From the NCBI GenBank assembly GCA_040222015.1, contig JAVJWO010000090.1:1-61995 (forward strand): a DNA stretch of 61,995 nucleotides. Direction: 5' to 3'. Under the pieces are notes generated by a model. It made no database searches and was not told the origin of the DNA. It was given only the letters and a program-made list of their open reading frames with translations. This DNA comes from Coleofasciculus chthonoplastes F2-STO-03. GTDB taxonomy: Bacteria > Cyanobacteriota > Cyanobacteriia > Cyanobacteriales > Coleofasciculaceae. Below are positions 9,430-19,201 of the stretch, piece after piece. Both the position numbers and the translations under genes were made by a program. Position 1 is the first letter of the stretch, and each line of letters starts with the position of its first letter.

Positions 9430-12186
9430 ATGACGAATAAATTTATTACCACAGAACCACTCGGTAAAGGAGGTGAAGGCGGAGAACAAAAAGTCTGGGA
9501 CGCCGTTCAGAAAGCATTTCGCGATCGCACCTGTATCGGGTATTGGCGCTATCCTATATTTTCCAAGGTGGGCAAGTCTCGCAAGGAACCCGATATCTTG
9601 ATTGTGGACGCCCAACTGGGTTTAATCGTGATTGAGATTAAATCTGTCACCATTGACCAAATTCTGGCAATTACAGGTCATCGCTGGGAATTCCAAAACT
9701 ATTACACCACCAGCAGCAACCCTTACCAACAAGCAGAAAATCAATTATTCTCACTCTTGGGGTATTGCGATCGCGAACCAATATTACGCCGTAAAGTCAC
9801 AGGACGGGCGTTAATTTGCCTTCCCTTAATTACCGAAGCTGAATGGTATCAAAGCGGCTTCTACCAACTCCCCAGTTGTCCGCCAATTATCTTTCAAGAA
9901 AATATCATTTCCTGGAATGAAGCTGTTAGTCAATTGACGAAAGGTCAGACCCCTCACCGACCCCTTACGGCTCCCCCTTCCCTTGCAGGGAAAGGGGCTG
10001 GGGGGTTAGGTTTTCTAGTCAAACGGATTCAGCAAATCTCTCCAATTATCAAAGGAACGCCTCTGAGTCCCCATCAGTGGAAATTGCTGCAAGCGGTGAT
10101 TAGTGGCACCCCGGTTTTCCGGAAAAAACAACACCTGAAAGGAGACAGAAATGCAATCCCAAAAACCATTAATGGCACGCCTCAACAAACCCGTGGTAGT
10201 ATTCTTGCCCAAGTACGCCAACACTTATCTGAATTCGATTTAGCCCAAGAACAGATCGCCAAATCCATTCCTCCAGGTCCCCAACGGATTCGGGGAATAG
10301 CGGGTTCCGGGAAAACCGTATTACTCTGTCAAAAAGCTGCCCATATTCACCTTAAGCATCCCGACTGGGATATTGCCCTAGTTTTCTTTAGTCGCAGCCT
10401 CTATCACGGGATTATTAGCCAACTGGATAAATGGTTGCGTCGCTTTAGTAGTGGCGAAATCAGATACGACGCCAAACTGAATCGCAAACTAAAAGTTCTC
10501 CACGCTTGGGGAGGGAGAAAACAACCAGGATTTTATAGTATCCTTTGCCGACACACGGGAGTAAAAGCACTTACGGTTAACGATATAGAAACCAAGCAAC
10601 CGCATCAAGCATTAGCTGAAGTTTGTATCAATCTTTTACAAGAGACAGCGATCCCAAAATTATACGATGTTATCTTAATTGATGAAGGTCAAGATTTAAT
10701 CGTCGATGACTCCTTAAAATTTGAGGGAAAACAGCCCTTTTACTGGATGGCATATCAGGCATTACGCCCCGTTGATCCTACCCAACCGGAACAACGGCGA
10801 TTAATTTGGGCGTATGATGAAGCCCAAAGTTTAGAAAGCTTGAATATTCCTAATGCCAGTGAATTGTTTGGCGAAGACTTAGGGCATTTAGTCACCGGAC
10901 AGTATGGGGGAGAAATTAGAAAAAGTGAAACCATGTATCGGTGTTATCGTACCCCTGGGGAAATTCTTACCGCCGCCCATGGAATTGGGATGGGATTATT
11001 ACGACGGGGAGGAATGTTAACTGGAATTACTCGGATTGAGGATTGGCAAGCGATTGGCTATGAAGTCACTGGAACGTTTCGCCCAGGTCAACAAATTACC
11101 GTGAGACGTCCTCCAGAACATTCACCAAATCTAGTATCAAAACTTTGGCAGGGTTCCTTATTTGAGTTTATCGCCTATCGATCGCGCCAGGAAGAATTAA
11201 CGGCGCTGGCGGATAATATTATCTACAATCTTCGCTATGACGGGCTTAAACCGAGTCGCGAGATATTGGTGATTGTTTTAGGGTTGGGATTGGAAGCCAT
11301 GCGACTAGAAACAGCGGTGGCAGAGTTTTTGATGTCCCAGGGAATTGATATTTATCTCCCTAGTGCCATGGATTGCAATATGCTGCACATTGATAAAGAT
11401 CATCGTGATCCAAATAAGTTTTGGTGTGAGGGCGGCGTTACTGTGTCTCGTATTCATCGGGCGAAAGGAAATGAAGCGGATATGGTGTATGTGGTGGGGT
11501 TGGATAATGTGGCAAAAGATGAGAGTAATCTGCAATTGCGGAATCAGTTATTTGTGGCGTTAACTCGGGCAAAAGGGTGGGTAAAGTTGAGTGGTGTGGG
11601 TTCTTATCCTTTGTATGAGGAGATGTGGCGGGTGATGCAGAGTGGCGATACGTTTACCTTTACCTTTCGCCATCCGCCCCAGCGAGAGATTAGTGTAACC
11701 GATGTTGGCGAAGTGCGATCGCGCTATCAGAGTGGCGGGAGAAATTTTCAGAATGCGGAGTTAGCCGGGGCGCAGTTAGCGGGGGCGGATTTGCGTAACG
11801 CTAATTTAATTGGCGCGATGTTGCGGGGGGCAAATTTACAGCAGGCGCAGTTAGATGGGGCAAAGTTGGTGATTGCAGATTTAAGTGAGGTTGACTTGAG
11901 TGGGGCGAGTTTATGCAAGGCTAAGCTGGTGGGGGCGAGTTTGAAGCAGGCGCGGTTAAGCGGGGCGGATTTGAGTTGGGCGAAGTTGGGGAATGCGGAT
12001 TTAAGGGGGGCGGAGTTAGTGGGCGCGAAATTGGTGGGCGCGAGTTTGAGTGGCGCAGATTTAAGGGAGGCAGATTTGACGGGGGCAAATTTGGATAAAG
12101 CGGATTTGAGTGAGGTGAATTTCGAGGGGGCGAGGATGCCAGATGGGAGTATTTGTAAGACTAATTGGTCTGAAATATCTAGCTAG
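9430..12186 (+). CDS. NERD-like nuclease + superfamily-1 (UvrD-like) helicase + C-terminal pentapeptide repeats
   Basis: EPDILIVD..GLIVIEIKS; GIAGSGKT; LIDEGQD; IHRAKGNE; LFVALTRAK; A(D/N)LxxA repeats. Confidence 0.88.
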   Translation: MTNKFITTEPLGKGGEGGEQKVWDAVQKAFRDRTCIGYWRYPIFSKVGKSRKEPDILIVDAQLGLIVIEIKSVTIDQILAITGHRWEFQNYYTTSSNPYQQAENQLFSLLGYCDREPILRRKVTGRALICLPLITEAEWYQSGFYQLPSCPPIIFQENIISWNEAVSQLTKGQTPHRPLTAPPSLAGKGAGGLGFLVKRIQQISPIIKGTPLSPHQWKLLQAVISGTPVFRKKQHLKGDRNAIPKTINGTPQQTRGSILAQVRQHLSEFDLAQEQIAKSIPPGPQRIRGIAGSGKTVLLCQKAAHIHLKHPDWDIALVFFSRSLYHGIISQLDKWLRRFSSGEIRYDAKLNRKLKVLHAWGGRKQPGFYSILCRHTGVKALTVNDIETKQPHQALAEVCINLLQETAIPKLYDVILIDEGQDLIVDDSLKFEGKQPFYWMAYQALRPVDPTQPEQRRLIWAYDEAQSLESLNIPNASELFGEDLGHLVTGQYGGEIRKSETMYRCYRTPGEILTAAHGIGMGLLRRGGMLTGITRIEDWQAIGYEVTGTFRPGQQITVRRPPEHSPNLVSKLWQGSLFEFIAYRSRQEELTALADNIIYNLRYDGLKPSREILVIVLGLGLEAMRLETAVAEFLMSQGIDIYLPSAMDCNMLHIDKDHRDPNKFWCEGGVTVSRIHRAKGNEADMVYVVGLDNVAKDESNLQLRNQLFVALTRAKGWVKLSGVGSYPLYEEMWRVMQSGDTFTFTFRHPPQREISVTDVGEVRSRYQSGGRNFQNAELAGAQLAGADLRNANLIGAMLRGANLQQAQLDGAKLVIADLSEVDLSGASLCKAKLVGASLKQARLSGADLSWAKLGNADLRGAELVGAKLVGASLSGADLREADLTGANLDKADLSEVNFEGARMPDGSICKTNWSEISS

Positions 12187-12775
12187 GAAACACGCTGGAT
12201 AAATCGAGAGATAAATCAGAGAAACTCGGCAGAGTCACACGAGCATTCGGCAGGAAAATCTGCTTATTGGCATAGCCAAAGTTACCTTGTAAATCTTGAT
12301 AAGGTTGAGTATAAACTTCCAAAAAACTAGCTAACAAATTAAATATCCAATAATCAGAAATTCCCGACTCAGCGTAGAGGGGTAACTTCACCTCTTGGTC
12401 ATACTTAAGTGTAGAATCTGCCACCTCAACGACTAATAAAATATCACCGGGACGAGGATGACCCGATAAGTAGCGATCGCTACGATTACGCGCAATCACC
12501 AAGTCGGGTTCGGGTTGGCTATTGGGAGGCAACGTAATTGGTTCCTGTCCTCGAACAATCGCCCGCCGTTGCAACAACATCGTCGTTTCGTAAACCAAGG
12601 AGGTATTGCAAACGGTGTGAGTGGTTCCTTTCGCTACCATTTGCATCAGTTCTCCGCGAATTAACTCCACTCGGTCATTTTCTGTGAGAAACCCCAGTTC
12701 AAGGAGACGGTGATAGTCTAAGAGCGTAAACCGTTTTGGAGTAACAGTGCTGAACGTAGCCATAAGTCGCGACAA
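12179..12775 (-). CDS. Uma2 family endonuclease
   Basis: RVELIRGEL, PEPDLVI, LLVVEVADSTLKYDQEVKLPLYA. Confidence 0.9.
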   Translation of the reverse strand: MSRLMATFSTVTPKRFTLLDYHRLLELGFLTENDRVELIRGELMQMVAKGTTHTVCNTSLVYETTMLLQRRAIVRGQEPITLPPNSQPEPDLVIARNRSDRYLSGHPRPGDILLVVEVADSTLKYDQEVKLPLYAESGISDYWIFNLLASFLEVYTQPYQDLQGNFGYANKQIFLPNARVTLPSFSDLSLDLSSVFPS

Positions 12776-12894
12776 TCTGTCAGGGATAGACGAGAGAGTT
12801 TAACCACAGTCTAGCCCAAAAATCAGCTCAAAAAACAGTCCCAAAGCCAGCCCAGTAATCAGCCCAGTAATCAAAGCATTGTGAGCCGAGGCAT

Positions 12895-13512
12895 CAATTA
12901 TTTGTGGCGTTAACTCGGGCAAAAGGGTGGGTGAAGTTGAGTGGGGTGGGTTCTTATGCTTTGTATGAGGAGATGTGGCGGGTGACGCAGAGTGGGGATA
13001 CGTTTACCTTTACATTTCGCCATCCGCCCCAGCGAGAGATTAGTGTAACCGATGTTGGCGAAGTGCGATCGCGTTATCAGAGTGGCGGCAGAAATTTTCA
13101 GAATGCGGAGTTAGCGGGGGCGCAATTAGCGGGGGCAGATTTACGCAATGCTAATTTAATTGGCGCGATGCTGCGGGGGGCAAATTTACAGCAGGCGCAG
13201 TTAGATGGGGCAAAGTTGGTGATTGCGGATTTAAGTGAGGTTGATTTGAGTAAGGCGAGTTTACGCAAGGCGAAGCTAGTGGGGGCAAGTTTGAAGCAGG
13301 CGCGGTTAAGGAAGGCGGATTTGAGTTGGGCGAAGTTGGGGAATGCGGATTTAAGAGGGGCGGAGTTAGTAGGGGCAAAATTGGTGGGGGCGAGTTTGAG
13401 TGGGGCGAATTTAAGGGAGGCAGATTTGACGGGGGCGAATTTGGATAAGGCAGATTTGAGTGAGGTGAATTTCCAGGGGGCGAGGATGCCAGATGGGAGT
13501 ATTGGGGAGTAG
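12895..13512 (+). pseudogene. Orphan duplicate of the 3' end of the helicase-pentapeptide gene
   Basis: 12901-13503 aligns without gaps to 11551-12153 (offset 1350, ~38 mismatches counted by eye); begins mid-domain at helicase motif VI. Confidence 0.85.
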
Positions 13513-13567
13513 ACGCGATCGCTGATATCTTTAAAGTTTCAACCTTCATCCTGTGACAAAATTAGAT

Positions 13568-13999
13568 ATGCCTGCCTATCAGATTGTCCTTGACACGAAT
13601 GTGCTTCTTGCCGGTTTACGCTCAAATCGAGGAGCCTCTTACAAATTACTTACTATCCTAAATGATGAACGCTGGCAACTCAATGTATCAACGGCTCTGA
13701 TTTTTGAATATGAGGAAGTTCTTAAACAAGAAAGGACACAGTTAGGGTTGAGTCTAGAAGATATTAACACCGTAGTTTCAACAATCTGCGCTATTGCTAA
13801 TCGTCGCACTATATTTTACCTCTGGCGACCTGCGGCTCTTGACCCTGATGATGACTTCTTGATCGATCTGGCAGTAGAAGCCCAAGCTAACTTTATCATC
13901 ACGTATAATAAAAGAGATTTACGAGCCGCTGAAAATTTTGGTATTCAACTGGTTACTGCTAAAGAGTTCTTACAAATTGTCGGAGAAATTGAATCATGA
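13568..13999 (+). CDS. PIN-domain toxin
   Basis: IVLDTNVL, EYEEVL, DPDDDFLIDLA, IITYNKRDL. Confidence 0.9.
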   Translation: MPAYQIVLDTNVLLAGLRSNRGASYKLLTILNDERWQLNVSTALIFEYEEVLKQERTQLGLSLEDINTVVSTICAIANRRTIFYLWRPAALDPDDDFLIDLAVEAQANFIITYNKRDLRAAENFGIQLVTAKEFLQIVGEIES

Positions 14000-14229
14000 A
14001 TCTCAAAGCTACTATTCCTGATACATTATATCAACAAGTTGAAGCGTTAGCCAAGCGGGAAAACATTTCTGTAGAACAACTGGTAACTATCGCTCTATCG
14101 GCTCAAGTATCCGCTTGGATGACCAAAGATTATATTGAAGAAAAAGCCAAACAGGGACGTTGGGATAAATTTCAACAGGTTTTAAATAACGTTCCCGATG
14201 TCGAACCGGAACCATACGACAGATTGTAG
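13996..14229 (+). CDS. Putative ribbon-helix-helix antitoxin
   Basis: ATGA overlap with the PIN gene; IPDTLYQQVEALAKRENISVEQL. Confidence 0.8.
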   Translation: MNLKATIPDTLYQQVEALAKRENISVEQLVTIALSAQVSAWMTKDYIEEKAKQGRWDKFQQVLNNVPDVEPEPYDRL

Positions 14230-14265
14230 TCTGTGTTACCCGTAGCAGAGGATGTGTAATGAATT

Positions 14266-14562
14266 TTACTTAGTCAATGCGATCATGGATTTGAGTGGGG
14301 CGGATTGTCCGTACTGAGAACGAATGCTTAGATCAGAATATTGACTACCATAGTCACCATAAGGATTGCAGATAGAGTTCCCGTCATAACGATCACTAGA
14401 GACAACACCTAAGAACTGGTCAGTAACTGGGTGGTATAAGAAAGCATTACCATCTAAGTCAGACAAACTTTGAGCAGAACTGGGTGTTGCCATCAATCCG
14501 CTGAAAGCTAAAAGCGAGGTTATTAATGAAGCAATTGGTTTCACCACCATATCCAAAAGCAT
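14266..14562 (-). CDS. Small secreted hypothetical protein, probably C-terminally truncated
   Basis: Signal peptide; FLG..SSDRYDGNSICNPYGDYGSQYS..SI...YG repeat-like motif that ends abruptly. Confidence 0.5.
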   Translation of the reverse strand: MLLDMVVKPIASLITSLLAFSGLMATPSSAQSLSDLDGNAFLYHPVTDQFLGVVSSDRYDGNSICNPYGDYGSQYSDLSIRSQYGQSAPLKSMIALTK

Positions 14563-14786
14563 CCCTATCTTGAGTGATGAACTTCCGTTCCGGGTTATCG
14601 AAGCTTAATATATGCAAATGCTTGATCGATAAAAGTTTAGTGATATTATATCAAAACTATAAAAATTAGGTTCTCCCGGCTCTAAGGGGAAAACTGTATC
14701 TTGATTTGATACAAAATGGACTAGAGTGATCACGCAAAAGCTTCATTTGAGCTTGTAATAAGGTTTGATTATCATCATAAACAGGT

Positions 14787-14868
14787 GAAGAACCACCTGC
14801 TAATCTTTGCGCTAATGCTGGGGGAAAGCTAAACGTCGCCCCACTCTTTAAGTTGATCATTACGCGAT
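14787..14868 (-). pseudogene. Internal fragment of the DUF2442 gene
   Basis: Matches ~19350-19431 (INLKSGATFSFPPALAQ.LAG). Confidence 0.8.
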
Positions 14869-15012
14869 AGAAGTGAGTAGTACAAGTCTAGCTGATTTTC
14901 TGGGCGCACGTAGGTGTTATCCAGCAAGACATTAATTTTTTCCCGTTCAATGAACTCTAATCCTGACTCAATTGATAGGATATGTCTAGAAATGTATCTG
15001 TTATAGCAATCA

Positions 15013-15411
15013 ATGACATCTTACTCCCTAAACTTCCCCAATGAATTAAAGCAACAAGCAGAAAACTTGGCTTCTCAGCAAGGTATTCCTCTAGAAGCCT
15101 TCATTTTAGACGCGATCGCAGAAAAGGTAAATTCCCTGACAGGACAACGTAACGCCCCAACCTTTGCTCAGGTTACCTATCGTAACAGTGCTAGCGGTCA
15201 GCTTATACCGATTTTGCGTGGGACTAATCTAAGAGTCAAAACCGTAGTCATTGCGGCTCAACAGTGGGGTTTATCCTCAAATCAGATAGCCGCTGAGTAT
15301 GACTTGAATGCAGAACAAATCGATGAAGCCATAGCATTCTATCACGCCCACCGTGAAGAAATTGATCATGCGATCGCGGCTGAACAAGCCATAGAAGCCG
15401 CTCATGTCTAA
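15013..15411 (+). CDS. RHH + DUF433 antitoxin-like protein
   Basis: PILRGTNLRV..IAAEYDL..EQIDEAIAFY; the overlapping downstream ATG opens only 9 codons, so the usual partner appears lost. Confidence 0.8.
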   Translation: MTSYSLNFPNELKQQAENLASQQGIPLEAFILDAIAEKVNSLTGQRNAPTFAQVTYRNSASGQLIPILRGTNLRVKTVVIAAQQWGLSSNQIAAEYDLNAEQIDEAIAFYHAHREEIDHAIAAEQAIEAAHV

Positions 15412-15445
15412 ACTGGTTTGTAGTAGCCACTAATGTGGCTTAAAT

Positions 15446-15616
15446 TTAGCCAAGCGGGAAAATATTTCTGTTGAACAATTAGTGACTATTGCTTTATCGG
15501 CTTGGATAACGAAAGACTATATCGAGGAAAAAGCTAAACAGGGACGTTGGGACAAATTTCAACAGGTTTTACATAAAATTCCCGATGTTGAACCAGAACC
15601 ATACGACAGATTGTAG
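15446..15616 (+). pseudogene. 5'-truncated second copy of antitoxin 13996..14229
   Basis: Aligns to 14047-14229 with a 12-bp deletion; homology resumes at 15721-15750. Confidence 0.85.
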
Positions 15617-15720
15617 TGGCTCGGCACACCTAAGTTGGTGGATTAGAATTGTAGGGGCGCACCGACGTGCGCCCGATTTAATCGTAAAATCTATGCCACC
15701 ATTTTAGCTGTGTCAGTCCA
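15617..15720. mobile_element. 104-bp MITE-like insertion with GTAG target-site duplication
   Basis: GTAG at 15613-16 and 15721-24; imperfect inverted ends TGGCTCGGCACACCTAA / TTAGCTGTGTCAGTCCA; absent from the paralogous site at ~14226. Confidence 0.75.
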
Positions 15721-15754
15721 GTAGTCTGTGTTACTCGTAGCCAAAAATGTATAA

Positions 15755-16615
15755 CTATGATATATTAAAAGTCTTATCACTGTCAGATTTTGATTCATCA
15801 ATTTCCCCTTGTAAATCAGCTTCTCCAAGGTGTCGCTGCCCAGTTTTGTCGAAAACTTCTAAATGAGCGGCTTTGCCGTAGTGTAAATTATCGACGTACC
15901 AATATTTACCTGTAGAGATTTCGCAATAAACCACTCTATTATCATACCTAATTCCAGTTCTTTTGAATCTTTTAGTATCTCGTAATATAGTTTGCTCATC
16001 CTGAGGAGGAACAGTAGAAGATTCATCATATTCTATTTTGCTTAATTTTAGTTTTTTCTCTAACCAATTCTCAAGAGCTGCTTGATTGTCAAGACTATCT
16101 AAATCAATTGATTGAGTTTCATCATTGTTTTTGATTATAGAAATTAAACAACATTTATTAATGTCGGGATGGGCAATTATAAAGCTAGACTTGGTGAAAT
16201 TAATCACTAAATAAGTTATGTGGCTGTTTTGAAATTGCCTTTCAGCCACTTCTGCTAATGAAGTGTTTTTGACATCTCGACAGGATTCAGGTGTAAAGTA
16301 ATAATCGAAATAATCATTGAGAGAATGGACTTGTTCTTTACGCCATTCTTTTGGATTCGATTTATTAAAAACGATATTTATAAAAGCTCGCTTCAGAGTC
16401 TTATCTTTGATTTGATTTAAACTTTGCTGGAAATTAGAGCCTCTAATAGCATCATAGTTAACAAAAAAATTACTATCTTCTTTATAGATAACCTTTTGTT
16501 TTATTTTTTTATTGAGTAAATCAAAAATAGACTTAAAACTTATTACTGCATCCTTAAATTCGGCATCTGTTAAATACTGACCTTCTAGAGACACTTCATT
16601 AATAAATATTTCCAT
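15755..16615 (-). CDS. Putative defence effector (NsnC-like position) with C-terminal colicin-E3-like RNase motif
   Basis: ATG immediately after the ATPase stop; C-term YWYVDNLH..HLEVFDKTGQRHLGEAD. Confidence 0.6.
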   Translation of the reverse strand: MEIFINEVSLEGQYLTDAEFKDAVISFKSIFDLLNKKIKQKVIYKEDSNFFVNYDAIRGSNFQQSLNQIKDKTLKRAFINIVFNKSNPKEWRKEQVHSLNDYFDYYFTPESCRDVKNTSLAEVAERQFQNSHITYLVINFTKSSFIIAHPDINKCCLISIIKNNDETQSIDLDSLDNQAALENWLEKKLKLSKIEYDESSTVPPQDEQTILRDTKRFKRTGIRYDNRVVYCEISTGKYWYVDNLHYGKAAHLEVFDKTGQRHLGEADLQGEIDESKSDSDKTFNIS

Positions 16616-16616
16616 T

Positions 16617-17966
16617 TTATATTCCAAAAAGCCTTTCAAAATCTTTATCCATTTGGTCAAAAAAGCTTTCGGGCCACTCCTCAATACCACCATCAGGCTG
16701 CACAGGAATTTCTATAACTGGCTGTTTAGGCTTTTGCTGAAAATATAGTATCTTTAAATCTTGATGATTCAAAATTTTATCTAGAACTGCTATTCGCAAA
16801 GCATTCAAAATATGATCGCTGTGGGATTCCATAAAAACTTGCACACCACAGCTACTTACTTTAGCTAAAAATTTAGCCAGTCGTGATTGTGCCTTAGGAT
16901 GTAAATGTGCTTCAGGGTTTTCTACAATTAATATTTCACCTTCTTTGGCAATCAATGCTGAAACAACAATCGGTAAAACACAATGATATCCAAAGCCAAT
17001 ATTAGCTGGTCTAAAACGGTCTTTTGATGTACTCGCATTCATTAAGAGTTCAAGTATATTACTATCTGAGCCTAAAATTTCTACCTTTGCGCCATCAAAA
17101 ATGTTATTCAGCCATTCTTCTGTTTGAGTTGCTAACGTTTTGGCGTCTTCTCCTAAACATAAGTTATCGTTAACTAGATAATCTTTATTTTTATGTAGTA
17201 AATTAGCTGTAAATTCACCTTTTGAACCAACATTGGGAAATTTCGTCAAGGTGGATTTAAAATAAAATTCTTGTGGACCCACACGGTCTGCTGATATGTA
17301 ATGAATCCTGTCGAAATACAAAGATTTATATAGTTTTGAATCTATTTCAATATTTTCACCTCTTGCATTTTCAAAAATTCTATTATCGGAGAAAGGTAAT
17401 AATTTTAACAATGAACAAGAGCCATTATTTTTATTTTCTTTTTCTTGAGTGCTAAATATGAAATTAAATCGATTGGGATGCAAGTCTTGATTGCATTCAT
17501 CAGATTTTTCATAAACTGAGTTCAGCTTGTATGATATACTGTTTAATTGATTGCTATCACGTTCTATAATCTCATCATTAAATTCAATCCTACTTATTTG
17601 AGCGACCATATCATCTTCATAATTTTCCTTAAAATTATATTGAGCCGCTCCAATAATTTTTAAATTATTAGTTTTGTCATCGTATATATTATCTTCATAC
17701 AAATATCTAAATATAATGGACTCTTCTCTTGATATATTGCTATTTCTAATTTCATTAAAACTACCTAAATTCAGACAACTACCATTTAATACAAGTTGGG
17801 CAGCATTATCGTTATGTTCTATGGATTGTCTCATTAAAAGTAAGGATTGAAGCATGGTTGATTTACCACGTCCATTAATCCCTGTCAGTAAAGTTAACTG
17901 CCCCAAAGGAAAGTCGGTTTCTTCCTTAAAGCATTTAAAGTTTTTTAGAATTATCTTTTTGAGCAT
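16617..17966 (-). CDS. ABC/AAA ATPase with DUF3696-like C-terminus (NsnB-like)
   Basis: GINGRGKS, NIGFG signature, IVENPEAHLHP, ESHSDH, C-term G.IEEWPESFFDQ. Confidence 0.85.
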   Translation of the reverse strand: MLKKIILKNFKCFKEETDFPLGQLTLLTGINGRGKSTMLQSLLLMRQSIEHNDNAAQLVLNGSCLNLGSFNEIRNSNISREESIIFRYLYEDNIYDDKTNNLKIIGAAQYNFKENYEDDMVAQISRIEFNDEIIERDSNQLNSISYKLNSVYEKSDECNQDLHPNRFNFIFSTQEKENKNNGSCSLLKLLPFSDNRIFENARGENIEIDSKLYKSLYFDRIHYISADRVGPQEFYFKSTLTKFPNVGSKGEFTANLLHKNKDYLVNDNLCLGEDAKTLATQTEEWLNNIFDGAKVEILGSDSNILELLMNASTSKDRFRPANIGFGYHCVLPIVVSALIAKEGEILIVENPEAHLHPKAQSRLAKFLAKVSSCGVQVFMESHSDHILNALRIAVLDKILNHQDLKILYFQQKPKQPVIEIPVQPDGGIEEWPESFFDQMDKDFERLFGI

Positions 17967-17969
17967 TTT

Positions 17970-19088
17970 TTACACATCTCCTAAAATTTCTTGGGCTAGC
18001 TTAAACCTAGTATTCACCTTTGCTTTGCCGCTCGTGGCATATTTTATAGAATCGAGATAATCTTGATTTTCTAGTAATTCACTAAAATTACTTTTAATCG
18101 CCTCTTTGTGTTCTTCTAAAAACTTATCATTACTTATAGAGAAAAAATAAGATACCGATTCAAAAATTGCAATATTTATTCTTCCTCTAGTCTGACCTGT
18201 AGGTAAACGAAAATTTTTCTCCCCAAAAAAATCGAAACTCAAGTTCATTACTCGCTCAAAATTCCTTTTCAAAGCTTTTATTTCTTCATCTGACATCAAG
18301 TTTATTTTTTTCATTGCCTTTTCTAAAAAATCACTCAAATCACCCTGATAATCTTTTGTATAATCAAAAATTTTGAAAGCTAAATAACGCAAAATTATTT
18401 CTCTATCTTTCATCCTTTTGGGTGAAATACCATTGTCAATAGCTCTTCGGAAATATTCTTGTTCTGATAACTCTTTAAGCAGGTTTGTTGATTTTCCAGA
18501 AAAAATACAGTTTCTAACTTCTTGACGATCGAGGTTTGTTCCCCCCGTGTTAATTCTATTGAAAATATCGTAAACAACTTTAACGGGAACGGAGGGTCTT
18601 ATGATATATAAATTAAGCTTTTTGTCTTCGATCCTTGTTTGATAGTCACCTGGTAACTCTTTTAAGTCTGTGAAATTAAAATCAATTAATTTAGGTAAAG
18701 CTTCTAAACCACTTAACTTAAATTTATCATTAACAAAATCATGTAAAGTTGTAGTACGTTGTAGACCATCCACGACAATGTACTTGCCCTCTTCTGTTTG
18801 ATTTACATACCATGGCGGAAGGGGAAAATTGAGAATAACAGACTCAATAAATTTGCTTTTTTGCTCTGGCTTCCAAACTCGAGGATTGCGCTGAAAATCC
18901 GGGTCGATAATAAGCTTACCATTATCATATTTTCTCATTAACTCGAAAACTGTCTGAGGATCTTCTCTAATGTCGATATCGGCTTTAGTTGGGTCATAGG
19001 GATACAATCCACCACTATCACCACTATCTTCTTCGGCAGTATCCTGATCAGTAACAATTACGTCGCTCTCTTGTGCTACGCTATCCAT
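17970..19088 (-). CDS. DUF262 (ParB-like) protein (NsnA-like)
   Basis: PDFQR..VW, VDGLQR, IFNRINTGGTNL motifs. Confidence 0.9.
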   Translation of the reverse strand: MDSVAQESDVIVTDQDTAEEDSGDSGGLYPYDPTKADIDIREDPQTVFELMRKYDNGKLIIDPDFQRNPRVWKPEQKSKFIESVILNFPLPPWYVNQTEEGKYIVVDGLQRTTTLHDFVNDKFKLSGLEALPKLIDFNFTDLKELPGDYQTRIEDKKLNLYIIRPSVPVKVVYDIFNRINTGGTNLDRQEVRNCIFSGKSTNLLKELSEQEYFRRAIDNGISPKRMKDREIILRYLAFKIFDYTKDYQGDLSDFLEKAMKKINLMSDEEIKALKRNFERVMNLSFDFFGEKNFRLPTGQTRGRINIAIFESVSYFFSISNDKFLEEHKEAIKSNFSELLENQDYLDSIKYATSGKAKVNTRFKLAQEILGDV

Positions 19089-19201
19089 TTTTCTCTTACG
19101 CCTGGTGAGCTTACTTGTCAACTCTTAACTATTTTAGGAGAATACACTCATATCAACATATCAACCAGAATGCATGAAAAGGACAAGAATGCGATCGCGC
19201 C

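Noticed and set aside
11551..13503. Diversity-generating retroelement (TR/VR pair)
   Set aside because: Mismatches are not adenine-specific (many C/G, C/T and T/G), the repeat is ~600 bp, and no reverse transcriptase is in the window
13151..13549. Pro/Ser/Asn-rich antisense ORF
   Set aside because: Shadow of the pentapeptide-repeat codons on the opposite strand
14666..14860. 64-aa gene
   Set aside because: Chimeric read-through of a DUF2442 fragment into unrelated sequence
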